Shown here one piece after another: positions 34,099-44,613 of a stretch of DNA of 64,000 nt. The notes under the pieces are model-generated. The model was given only the letters and a program-made list of their open reading frames with translations. It was not told the origin of the DNA and searched no databases. Source of the DNA: an uncultured Phycisphaerales bacterium (GTDB lineage: Bacteria; Planctomycetota; Phycisphaerae; Tepidisphaerales; Tepidisphaeraceae); assembly GCA_963755915.1 (NCBI GenBank), contig CAVWLP010000002.1, positions 640,001 to 704,000 on the forward strand, given 5' to 3'. Position numbers and translations under genes: made by a program. Position 1 is the stretch's first letter, and each line of letters begins with the position of its first letter.

Positions 34099-34566
34099 AT
34101 GAGTTGCGATCCGGGATTTGAAGGCGTAGCACAAGTGGCAATTGTTTGCCGGGATATCGAAGCGACGGCGAAGCGCTGGTCGGCACTGTTGGGCATGGAA
34201 GTTCCGAAGATTTTTCCGACGAAGCCGGGCTTGGAGACGAAAATGATCTATCGCGGGCGGCCGTCCAATGCCCGGTGCAAGCTGGCGTTCTTCAATCTCA
34301 AGAACTGCCAGATCGAGCTGATCCAGCCGCTGGAGCCCGGCAGCAGTTGGCAGGATGGGCTGGACGAAAACGGCGAGTCGGTGCATCACATCGCCTTCCG
34401 GGTGAATAGCCTTGAGAAATCGGTGAAGCATTGCGCCGATTTGGGCATGCCGGCGATTCACCAGGGGCGTTATGGCAGCGACGACGGGTCTTACACCTAC
34501 CTGGACAGCGGCAAGCAGCTTGGCGTGATGGTGGAGCTGCTGCATTCGGACAAGGACGGCAAATAA
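34099..34566 (+). CDS. VOC/glyoxalase family protein (methylmalonyl-CoA epimerase-like)
   Basis: QVAIVCRDIE...QIELIQP...GESVHHIAF...MVELL. RBS GAGGAG upstream. Confidence 0.85.
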   Translation: MSCDPGFEGVAQVAIVCRDIEATAKRWSALLGMEVPKIFPTKPGLETKMIYRGRPSNARCKLAFFNLKNCQIELIQPLEPGSSWQDGLDENGESVHHIAFRVNSLEKSVKHCADLGMPAIHQGRYGSDDGSYTYLDSGKQLGVMVELLHSDKDGK

Positions 34567-34567
34567 T

Positions 34568-34978
34568 TTGTTCGGCCTTTGGCGCAAACCGCAGGTTCCC
34601 GATGTGAGGAACGTGCGCGAATTTCTCGCCGCCCTGCAGACCAAGGCGACCCGGGCCGAGGGCGGGCATTATGTTTTCGTGGGCGAAGATGGACGGCATG
34701 GGTTCGTGCAGTTCATCATCGAATCGCCGACGCGAATCACCATCCACCGGATTTGGGCGCGGGAGCCGGGCAAGGGGGACGGCACGAACATGATGCGAAT
34801 GCTCTGCGAATTGGCGGATCAATTTGTTGTGGAACTGACGCTCAAAACCATCCCCATTGGTCGAAAGCCTTATCCGATGGACGGCGAGAAATTGGGAAAG
34901 TGGTACGAGCGGTTCGGATTTATCCGCAGGGGAAAGTGGATGCGGCGCATGCCGGGGGGCGCCGGGGAAAAAGGTTAA
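34568..34978 (+). CDS. Small GNAT-like hypothetical protein
   Basis: EPGKGDGTNMM (motif A-like) ... KWYERFGF. Confidence 0.5.
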   Translation: MFGLWRKPQVPDVRNVREFLAALQTKATRAEGGHYVFVGEDGRHGFVQFIIESPTRITIHRIWAREPGKGDGTNMMRMLCELADQFVVELTLKTIPIGRKPYPMDGEKLGKWYERFGFIRRGKWMRRMPGGAGEKG

Positions 34979-35599
34979 TCGAGTCCGCAGGCGACGTGGA
35001 AGGTGATTGACTCGGTTCGCCGGGTGTGGGGGATGCGTCCGCGGGCGGCAATCCCCTGGCCGCGGATTACGCGCCACATGGTGGCATCGGTGAATCCCCA
35101 GGGGGAGCCGTCGCGGGGAAGGCCCTGGAGATCTTCGTGCCAGGCATCGGCTACGAACTGGGGGAGCTTCTGGTCGATCTCGATGACCCCCCCGCCGCGC
35201 GTGCGGCAGCAATATTCCCATTCGGTTTCGCTGAGGAGGCGATAGGCGCGGCCGGAGGCGATGGAAAGCCAGCGAACAAAATGCCCGGCGTCTTCCCAGG
35301 AAACATTGACGATCGGCTTGCGACCCCGGCCGCGGCTGTAGGGGCGATGGGCGTCGGAATCGCCGTCGCAATAAGAATCCCATTGTTCGAAGGTGACCGG
35401 CGTGCGGGAAACGGCGAATGGATACCTTATATGTACCTGGTGCTGTGCCGCGCCTGGATCCTGCGATCCCATCAGAAATTTGCCACCGGGGACGACCACC
35501 ATTTCCGGGAGCATCGGCCCGTCGGAAAAGCAGGAGCCTGGGGCGCATTTCCGTGGCGTATTCCATGGCTGGGGCGGATTGGGAGGTTTCTTTCGTCAT
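34975..35599 (-). CDS. Short FGE-sulfatase (SUMF1/C-type lectin fold) domain protein (frameshift at ~35520)
   Basis: PEMVVVPGGKFLMGS, PVTFEQW, PIVNVSWEDA, YRLLSETEWEY, RVIRG. Confidence 0.78.
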
Positions 35600-35626
35600 G
35601 AGTTTGACCGGCAGGAGCGGGATTTA

Positions 35627-35642
35627 TGCAACACTGGTGCCA
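35627..35642 (-). promoter_or_regulatory. sigma54 (-24/-12) promoter of the FGE-domain gene
   Basis: The minus strand reads TGGCACCAGTGTTGCA = TGGCAC-N5-TTGCA, about 28 nt upstream of the ATG at 35599. Confidence 0.75.
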
Positions 35643-35783
35643 ATGAGCGTTTGGACCAGAAAATTCCAATTTTCGTGCATATTGGGTGGGCAATACAGGA
35701 GCAAAACCGAGCCGGTTGCGGGGGATTTGCGCAAAACTCCTCGAAACGTCGCGAGGGAATGAATTCTGGGTTAATCTGCTGAT

Positions 35784-38052
35784 ATGAGGGCGCTGGTGAA
35801 TTACGCGACCGCGGTTTGGATTCTGCTCGGATGGGCTCTGACGGCCGGCGCACAAACTCCGATGATGCTTTGGTATACGCAACCGGCGAAGGTTTGCATG
35901 AACGATGCGCTGCCGGTCGGCAACGGCCGGCTGGGGGGGATGGTCTTTGGGACGACGGAGACGGAAAGAATCGTCCTTGACGAAGATTCGCTTTGGACGG
36001 GCGGCGAAAACCCCTCGGGCGATTACGATCACATGGGGGCGTATCAATATCTGGGGGACCTTCGGATCAACCTGCCGGGGCATGAGAATGCGCTGAATTA
36101 TCGGCGCGATTTGGATATCAGCGAGGCGATCGCACATGTCAGCTATGACGTGGGGGGTGTGAATTATCAGCGGGAGATTTTTGCGAGCCATGCGGCGCAG
36201 GTTTTGGTTGTCCATCTGACGGCCAGCCAGCCGGGAAGATACACGGGATCGATTGAATATCGCGATTCGCACGGAGCGACGACCAACGCTTCGGGGGATC
36301 GGTTGGCGGTCGCAAGTTCGCTGAGCAATGGATTGAAATACGAGACGCAGCTCGTCGCGCGGCATGCGGGCGGGACGATGCAAAGCTCGGGCGGCAAACT
36401 GCAATTTGCCAACTGCGACAGCGTGACGCTGATCTTTGGAGGCGCGGACGAACTACACGATGGATTATGCGTGCGGCTACCGGGGGCTCGATCCGCATCA
36501 GCCCGTGACGGACGACGTGAACGCGGGGGCGGAGAAGCCGCTGGATGCGCTGCGGGTGGAGCATGTGGCGGATTACCGGCTGCTGTTTGACCGGATGGCG
36601 GTGGATTTCGGGAAGTCTTCGGCGCAGCAGCGGGCGATGCCGACGGACGTTCGCAAGGTTTCGGCGGCGAAGGTGGTCGATCCGGAGCTGGAAGCGCTGA
36701 TGTTTCAGTATGGGAGATATTTGCTGATTTCGTGCTCGCGGCCGGGGGCATTGCCGGCGAATTTGCAGGGGCTTTGGAATGACAGCAATTCGCCGCCGTG
36801 GCATTCGGATTATCACTCGAACATCAACATTGAGATGAACTACTGGGGGGCGGAAGTGGGGAACCTGAGCGAATGTGCCGAGCCGTTGATTGATCTGGTA
36901 CGGAGTCAGCTTGAGCCCTGGCGGCGGGCGACGACACGGGCGTCGGAGTTTGATGTCGATGGGAAGCCGGCGACGTGCGGGTTCGCGATCCGGACCTCGC
37001 ACAACATCATGGGAGGGATGGGGTGGAAGTGGGACAAGACGGCAAACGCCTGGTATTGCCAGCATCTCTGGGCGCATTATGCGTTTGGGATGGACAAGGA
37101 TTATCTGCGGAACGTCGCGTATCCGATCATGAAGGAGACGTGCGAATTCTGGGACGAGCATTTGAAAAAGCTACCGGATGGGAGGCTGGTGGTGCCGGAC
37201 GCGTGGTCGCCGGAGCATGGGCCGACGGAGGACGGGGTTAGCTACGCACAGGAGATCGTGTGGGACCTGTTCAACAACTACGTGCAGGCGAGCGATGCGC
37301 TGGGCGTGGATCAGGATTATGGCGGCCGGATTGCGAAGCTGCGCGATGAGCTGGCTATGCCGGGGATCGGAAGCTGGGGGCAGTTGCTGGAGTGGATGAC
37401 GGAGAAGCACGATCCGAAGGAGCCGGAGCTGGATACGCCGAACGATCATCATCGGCATACTTCGCACCTGTTTGGGGTTTATCCGGGAAGCGAGATGAGC
37501 CCAGAGAAGACGCCGCGGCTGGCGGCGGCGGCGCGGGTTTCGCTGATAGCGCGGGGGGATGGAGGCGATGCGCGGGAGTGGTCGTTCGCGTGGCGGACGG
37601 CGCTGTGGGCGAGGCTGGGAGATCCGGAAGAGGCGTATGGGCAGTTCGTGCAGATTTTTTCGAATCGGAACAGTTGCAAGAATCTTTTCGGGCTGCATCC
37701 GCCGATGCAGATCGACGGGAATTTGGGGATGACCGGGGCGGTGGCGGAGATGCTGGTGCAGAGCCAGGATGGGGATGTGCATTTGCTGCCGGCCCTTCCG
37801 AAGGAATGGCCGGAAGGGAGCGTAAAGGGGCTGAGGGCGCGCGGGGGATTTGAGGTGGATGTGGCGTGGAAGGAGGGGAAGCTTGTGAAGGCGGAGATAC
37901 GGTCGGAAGCGGGAAGCCCGTGCATCCTGCGCGGGCCGGCGGGGATGGAGATCAGCAGCGCGAGCAAGCCGGTGGAGGTGAAGATGGATGGGGATGCGAT
38001 GGAGTTCGCGACGAGTGCCGGGGGGATTTATGAGATCACCGTGGGGAAATGA
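35784..38052 (+). CDS. GH95 alpha-L-fucosidase-like glycoside hydrolase (frameshift at ~36440)
   Basis: [70 protein letters not shown]. Confidence 0.92.
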
Positions 38053-38261
38053 GGAGGATGGTTTCGGGTTTTGCGACGACATATTTAGTTGGGTGGAATT
38101 CAAGGATGTTAGTGGTTGCAAATGCGTTGATTGGGTGGTGTGGCGGGGGGTTTCGTTACCGTTGACAGAATGGAAAAAATTTTTGGGAGGGGTTGGGTAG
38201 TTGCGGGGGTTTTCGCGGATTGCGACCGGGGGGGGTTTGGGGGTGGGGATTTGGGGTCGGG

Positions 38262-38294
38262 GATTTGAGATTTGAAATTTGAGATTTCAGAATT
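38262..38294. repeat. Degenerate heptamer tandem repeat (GATTTGA/AATTTGA/GATTTCA)
   Basis: gatttga gatttga aatttga gatttca gaatt. Confidence 0.6.
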
Positions 38295-38435
38295 GGGGTG
38301 GACATGGGCCCCTTCGGAGGAAAAAACATTACGCCTCTATATACAGGGCCAAAGGTGCACGTTTTGGACGTGTTTTTGAAAAATCGGGGGAGATTTTTTT
38401 TGGAATTTAACGGTCGAGTGGGAAAGGGCTGGGAC

Positions 38436-38633
38436 TTACGCACGGGGCGGCATTATTTTCGCGAGCCATTCTTTTCGAACATCCGCCAAATGCTTATCTA
38501 CTTCCTCGTCGGAGACTTTCTTGCCCGCCCGCATGTCGGCGGAAATCTGATCGAAATGGGCGAGCAGCTCGGGAGTGAAGCGGTGGTCGAAGTTGTCTTC
38601 GGAGTCGGGAAAACTCGGTTCAAGCGGGTCCAT
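38436..38633 (-). CDS. Small acidic hypothetical protein (antitoxin-like size and composition)
   Basis: 65 aa: MDPLEPSF...FDQISADMRAGKKVSDEEVDKHL. Confidence 0.45.
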   Translation of the reverse strand: MDPLEPSFPDSEDNFDHRFTPELLAHFDQISADMRAGKKVSDEEVDKHLADVRKEWLAKIMPPRA

Positions 38634-38737
38634 CGTCCGGTTTCTGTTGTGTCGCTCTATTGTACGAGTTTCGGCTGAGTATTGCTTCGCGATTGTGGGG
38701 CGGGGTGTGACGCTGGATGTCGGCCATCGACAAATCA

Positions 38738-38769
38738 GCCCCCTCCCTAACCCTCCCCCCGGAGTACCT
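38738..38769. repeat. Dispersed REP-like element CCCCCTCCCTAACCCTCCCCCCGGAGTACC (partial copy)
   Basis: Near-identical to 47132-47172. Confidence 0.6.
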
Positions 38770-39316
38770 GACCGCCCGACATTTTTTTGAGTTCGGAGAC
38801 GTAGCGGCCAGCTCTTTTGAGGTAAATGCAATGCAGGGGAGGCGGGAGACAACCCATAAGGCCCCAAGTTTTTTCTCCCGCCTCCCCCGCACCCCCTCCA
38901 CCCTCTTTCCGTTCCCCTAACCGTCCGAGCCCAAAGGCAAAAAGACTGAGCGGTTTGTCGGGAAGCTCATATCTTATTTGCAGTGGCTGCGGGAGGGGAC
39001 TTCGGCAAGCTCAGAGCGTGTGAATTTTTGATTTTCGACCCTCGGTATTCGCGTGGATTCGCGGCTTTTCGAGGTGCTTTTGCCAAAAATTCCCAAACTC
39101 TCAGTCGAGCCGCGAGGGGGAAACTGTTGTCTTCGACCCAGAGTTCAGACTGAGGGGACCGTATGTGGTTCTCTCTCGCCCCCGCTTCGTATTTGTATTT
39201 GGAACATTCGCCGATTTGGATCCAAAATAAAAAAGTGTCGGCGGTCAGCCCGGAGTAGCGGGGGCGGGGACAAAAGAGGCGCGCAGCCAAGATAGAGCGT
39301 TAGACCTTGTGGGCGT

Positions 39317-40542
39317 TTAAGGCTTCTCGCGGGCGTTGATTTTGTGGATTTGGTCGGGGGTGGGGAAGGTTCGAACGCGATATCGGGTCGGGTAGCAGTC
39401 GGGTTCGGGGGTGAAGTCGCTGACGGCCTGGACGACTTTGGTCCAATCGGCGAAGAGGGTTCGCTGTTTTTCGGCGGGAGGGGTCTGGATGCAGAAGGCG
39501 ATGACGTCAGCTTTGGGCATGAGGGTGTCGGTAACGCCTTGCACCCAACTGGTGAGGGAATAGACCTGGCCGTCTTCGCGGCGCATGGTTTTCAGGGAGG
39601 CGACGAAAATATCCTTGCCTTCCTTGCGATGGATCTCGTCGAGGAGGCCCTTTTGTTCGTTGTGCCATTGCTGGTTAGAAATGGCGCGGCAGAGGCTCAT
39701 GGGAACGAAGGCGGGATGGTCGGGTAGGGGGAGGAAGGCGACCCAGTTGCTGTCCTGGAGACGAAAGGCGGCGCCGATCATAGGGCGTTCGTGCTTCTGG
39801 AGCGCTTCCTGGGCGACGCCGGCCATGATGGTCAGGGCCTGGGGGTCGTCGCTGCCGGCGACGAGGAGGGTGTTTCGGTTGGGGATCATGACGACGTGAT
39901 TTCCGCGGACGGGGAGCTGCCAGATCAGATCGTGGAGGAAGATGCGTGAGGCGTCGTGGGTGTCATTGTAGGGGGAGATATATAGCCCACTGGGATGCTT
40001 GTTGAAGTCACGGTTGCTGATGCTCCAGAGGTTTTCTTTGGCGATTTTGAGGGCTTGGTCGAAATCGATGTTCCAGCGACTTAGCATGTCGTCGGAGACG
40101 ATCTGGACGGTGTCGGGCTGGTCGACAACGATTTCCAGAAGCAGATCTGGGGCAAACGGACGGGTGGGCATTCGCACGGGTTTGCCGAGCTTTCCAGGCG
40201 CTGGGCGAGCGACAGGGACTCGTGATAAAAGCGTTCGCGCAGCTTGGGAAGTAGCTTTGGGCGGATCTGGGAAAAGGGCTCATCCGCGGCGGATTTGTTG
40301 GAACTGAGGCCGGCGGCGACGCGAATGGCATTGGCAAGCTGCGCTTGGCCGCCACGGATGTAGGTGTCGTAGATGTTGTGCAGGAAGATGTTCGATTTGC
40401 CGCCGTCGATTTCGAGCCTGAATTGGTCCTTGTGGTATTGGACAGATAGATTGGGGTTGAGTTTGCGGATTTCGGCAGTGACGGAGGCGGCGAAATCGTC
40501 GGGGGAGAGAGGAGTCGATTTGGGCTTGAAGGGGTTCCACAT
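39317..40542 (-). CDS. DUF1444/YtpQ-like protein (frameshift at ~40185)
   Basis: IFLHNIYD...LLPKLRER. Then VVDQPD...WNIDFDQALKIAKENL...DASRIFL...VMIPNRNTLLV. Confidence 0.6.
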
Positions 40543-40580
40543 GATTGAAACCTTCACGGAGTATATCGGCCCCGGTGCGG

Positions 40581-42687
40581 CTATGACGGCCCGCGCACCG
40601 GAACGTCATAAATGCTTACGCTGAACGGGGGAATGGAGACGGTTTGGGGGGCGGCGTCTTGCGAGGACTGATCTACCTTTACGCCGGGGGGTTGGCCGAT
40701 GGTGATGGTTGCGTTGACGTCGGAGGGGGCCATGCGCCAGAGGGTGGTGGTTCCTGCAGGAGTGGCGCCGATGTACGAGAGCGTGATCTGTTGCGCAGGA
40801 TTCGGTGGGGTTGATGATGGCGACGGTGAGGGATTTTTTGTCGTCGGTGAAGGCGGCGGCGACGTCGAGGGGGGACGTGTCGCTGCCGGCGTTGATGGCG
40901 GGGTCGTCGCCGCCTGGGGGGTATTTAGGTTTGGGGGGAGGGGAGTTGCCTTCGACATCCACCGGGATGGTGCCGTAGTGGTCGCGGTACATTTGGAAGA
41001 GGAGGCCGGTGGGGCTTAATTCGGCCTGGGTGCGGGTGGTGCTGATCATTGATGTCGCGAAGGTGAAGGCGCCTAGCTGGAAGAGATCGGAATGGCGGAA
41101 CATTTCGTGGAAGGTCCAGGCGTAGGCGGGGACGACTTTATAGTTGTTGGGGGGGAGGCGGGCGTAGGCCCACTCGTCGAGAGCGATGGGGACGGGGTTT
41201 TGTTTCAGGCCGGGGATGAGGCGCTCGTAAGTTTCGTAGGCTTCGACAGCGTCGCGGATGTGATTGGCGGGGCGGCGCATCCAATCGATGAGGGGCTCGT
41301 GGGGATCGACGGGGACGTTTTTTGCGGAGGCGAGGTCGAAGCGCTCGTTGTTGTAGGAATAGAAGTGCTGGCTGATGAGGTCCATATAGGGGCGGCAGTT
41401 GGCGAGGAGTCCGCCGGACCAGTCGCCGGGGCCGAGGGGGTCGGGGATGAGCTTGCCGCTGAGGCGGAGGGACTGTTTGGAGCCGACCATGGAATCGGGC
41501 ATGGCGCCGCTGGCGACGAGCTTGATGCTCGGGTCGACGCGGCGCATGGCTTTGGCGAAGAGGTTGTTTTTGAGTTCGAATTGGGAGAGGGACATGGCGC
41601 CGAACTGCCAGTCGCCCCAGGCTTCGTTGCCGACGCCCCAGAATTTGACGTTATAGGGATGGGGGTGGCCGTTGGCGGCGCGGAGGCGGCCCATGGGGGT
41701 GGATTGATTGCCGTTGCAATATTCGACATATTCGGCGGCAGAGCGGGCGTCGCCGAAGCCGGCGTTGACGCAGATGTAAGGCTCGACGTCGAGGAGTCGG
41801 CACATGGTGATGAGTTCATCGGTGCCGACGTCGTTGGGCTGGAGGGCGTTCCAGGCGGGGTCCCAGGTGGGTGGGCGGAGGTCGATATCGCCGATGGCGT
41901 CGCGCCAGTCGGCGGCGGAGACATAGTTTCCGCCGGGGAAACGGTAGATGCCGGAGTGAAGTTGCTTGAGCTGGTCGATGACTTCAGCGCGGAAGCCGTC
42001 GATGTTGTTTGAGGGCATCAGGGAGACGGCGCCGATGGAGAAGGAGCCGGGGCCGGTGGCGGTGATTTCGATTCTGCCGTCTTCGGTATCGACGGGGGAG
42101 GCGAAGGCGAGGGGGAATTTGGCGTAATCGGGGGCGAGGGGGCCAACGCGGAGGGATTGGCGATCATCGGGGTTTTTTCCCCAGATGAGGGTGACGGTGA
42201 CCTGGGGGTTTTGGTCGGCGGCGAGAATGATGCGGCCGGTGTAGGACATTCCTTTGACGAGGGCGAGGCCGCTTTGGCGGATGCCGTGGGGATCGGAGGG
42301 GTCGAGGGAGATGCGGGGGGAGTGGTCGCCGACGAAGGGGTGGTCGGCGTCCATGACGACGGCGGCGGCGGGGCCGATGGGATACCAATGGCGGAGGGCG
42401 AGGCGACGCCTGGGGCCGGTATTGGAGGGAGACGTGGCGGGGTGGGAGGTGATGGGGTAGTAGAATTTTCGATCGTCGAGCATTTCGGCCCAGAGGTTGG
42501 AGTTGATGATGTTGCCGAGGTGTTCGAGGAATTGGCCGTAGATATATTTGGAGATGGGGGCGTGGGTGTTGGCGGCGTTGATGGTGGCGGTGAGGGGTTG
42601 GGGCGCGGGGTCGGCGGAGAGGTTTTGGGGTGGGAGGAAGATTATCAGGGAGAGTGCGATGAGGCCGAGGGGAAGGAGGCGGTTCAT
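40581..42687 (-). CDS. GH51 alpha-L-arabinofuranosidase (frameshift at ~40790)
   Basis: IYGQFLEH, RFPGGNY, GTDE, EYVEYCNG, VKFWGVGNEAWG, ALDEW. Confidence 0.9.
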
Positions 42688-42929
42688 GCGGGGATAGTAC
42701 CATGCGCGGAATGGAGGAACTGAAAGGAGGGAGCGGCTTCGAATTGGTGATGTGTATGTGAAGTTGCGCTCGGCAAGGGGCCGATTTTATCAAATTTTTT
42801 CTTGACCTTAAGGAACGCGGTCAGTATAAGTCGGCTCTGCGTCAGCAAGTTCGTGAAATGCGTCAACCGCCGGCGCACTCGGTGTGCGTTCCAATACTGT
42901 GAATCCAAGGGGTGAGATGGGAAGATGCG

Positions 42930-44390
42930 ATGACGGTAAAACTGCGCAAAGCGGTTCATTTAGGGCTGGGATTTGTTATTTCATTGTTATTCGCGAGCGG
43001 TTTGAGGGCGCAGTATATTGGTCCACCCCCAGGGGCACCGACGTATGAGTTGGTCGCGCTCAACGGATCTCAGGCCCCCGGTGAGCCCGCGGGCGTGGAT
43101 TACAATGGGTTTGGAAATCCGGCCTACTCGGGATCGGGAGTTTATGGGTTTGAGGCGGGGTTGACGGGGACGGGGATCACGTCCAGCGTGAACTCGGCGA
43201 TTTTCCTTGGGTCTCCCACAAGCCTTTTGCCGGCAGTGCAGAAGGGGGCGTCAGCGGCGGGAACGCCGGGCGACGTCTTTACGTTTTTGTCAGCGCCGGG
43301 GGTGGCGGCGAATAATAATTTCGCGTTTTTCGCAGAGATCGGCGGGGGAGATGTGGTGGGGACGACGAATTATTCGGGGCTATGGGGAGGGACGCCGGGG
43401 AATTTGAGCCTTCTGTTCCGCAAGGGGAGCCCGGCGGCGGGAACGAGCGGGGCGGCGTATTCGAGTTTTGGGGATCCCGTCATCAGCGACAATGGGCTGG
43501 TGGCGGCGGAAGTGAACCTGACGGGTGGGGATGTGAGCGGAAGCACGAACAACGCGGGGATCTATACGGCGACTTCGACGTCGGTAAACCTGATTGCGCG
43601 AAAGGGAAGTTCGGTGCCGGGACTGGGCTCCGATTTGTATGGGGGGCTGGGGGATCCAACGATCAGCCCGAATGGGATCGTAGCGTGGGAAGGGGCTTTG
43701 AGCGGCGGGGATGTTTCGGGGACGACGAATAACGCGGCGATTTTTACGGCTGTGCCGGCGAATCCAGTTACCGTTGCGGTGCGCAAGGGAGTGACGGTGG
43801 CCCCGGGCACGGTGGGTGGGGATGTGTTTTCGTTTCTGGGGGATCCAGATGTAAACGCCAGCGGGCAGATTGCGTTTTACGCGAATGTTACGGGCGGGGA
43901 TGCGGTGGCGGGCGTGAACGACGAGGGCGTCTGGGCGGGCCCGGCGGGTTCGCTGAGCCTGATCGCGCGGCGCGGCGAATCAGCCCCGGATACGCTCGAT
44001 ACGTTCAACAGTTTTCAGGATCCGATCATCGGTCCCGATGGGTCGACGGCATTCATCTCGACGCTGACCGGTTCGGACGTGGTGACCGGGACGGGCGGAA
44101 ACGATGTGGGATTGTTTGCGGGGACGGGGGATGATTTGCAACTAATCGTGCGCAAGGGAGAAAGCTTTGCGGTGGACCCTTCCAATCCCAACTCGGCGAT
44201 TGAAGATGTAGCCGGGATTGATCTGATCAACGACAGCAGCGGCGTGGTGGCGTATTACCTGGACTTCACGGATGGGTCGAGCGGGGAATATCTTTCTACG
44301 GTGCCGAGTGTTCCAGAGCCGGTGACGGGTATGGGAATGCTGGTCGGGGGGATGGTGTTGATGGGCCGGCGGAAGCGGGTTGGGGTCTGA
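42930..44390 (+). CDS. PEP-CTERM-anchored surface protein with about 7 tandem ~60-aa repeats (NxxGxxAF type)
   Basis: Signal peptide. Repeats of the form RKG..APG...F..P.I...G..AF. C-terminal VPEP + TM + RRKR. Confidence 0.85.
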   Translation: MTVKLRKAVHLGLGFVISLLFASGLRAQYIGPPPGAPTYELVALNGSQAPGEPAGVDYNGFGNPAYSGSGVYGFEAGLTGTGITSSVNSAIFLGSPTSLLPAVQKGASAAGTPGDVFTFLSAPGVAANNNFAFFAEIGGGDVVGTTNYSGLWGGTPGNLSLLFRKGSPAAGTSGAAYSSFGDPVISDNGLVAAEVNLTGGDVSGSTNNAGIYTATSTSVNLIARKGSSVPGLGSDLYGGLGDPTISPNGIVAWEGALSGGDVSGTTNNAAIFTAVPANPVTVAVRKGVTVAPGTVGGDVFSFLGDPDVNASGQIAFYANVTGGDAVAGVNDEGVWAGPAGSLSLIARRGESAPDTLDTFNSFQDPIIGPDGSTAFISTLTGSDVVTGTGGNDVGLFAGTGDDLQLIVRKGESFAVDPSNPNSAIEDVAGIDLINDSSGVVAYYLDFTDGSSGEYLSTVPSVPEPVTGMGMLVGGMVLMGRRKRVGV

Positions 44391-44468
44391 GTGGGCGAGC
44401 CGTCGGCGTTTGGGAATGCTGTCTGATTCGGGGGATGGAGTGAGATTTTTTGACCGCGAAGATTTTTT

Positions 44469-44485
44469 AACCGCCAAGAGCCAAG
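44469..44485. repeat. Left arm of the REP-like inverted repeat targeted by the IS (AACCGCCAAGAGCCAAG)
   Basis: Near reverse complement of the reconstructed empty site CTTGGCGTCTTGGCGGTT (44582-44592 joined to 46078-46084). Confidence 0.7.
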
Positions 44486-44607
44486 GAAGAGCTGGCATCG
44501 TGTATTTTGATGATCAGGGGCGGGGGTTCAGCGTGGGATGCACTTATCCAAGTGATTTGGGGATTTATATTTCTTGGCGCTCTTGGCGTCTTCTATGAGC
44601 CGAGCCT

Positions 44608-44613
44608 TGTCAA
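44608..44613 (-). promoter_or_regulatory. Outward-facing -35 hexamer TTGACA in the IS right end
   Basis: The minus strand reads TTGACA next to the sub-terminal IR, the expected position for an IS1111 circle-junction promoter. Confidence 0.5.

Noticed and set aside
34975-35599. DGR target gene (FGE/C-type lectin fold)
   Set aside because: No reverse transcriptase, Avd or template/variable repeat pair is visible in the window.
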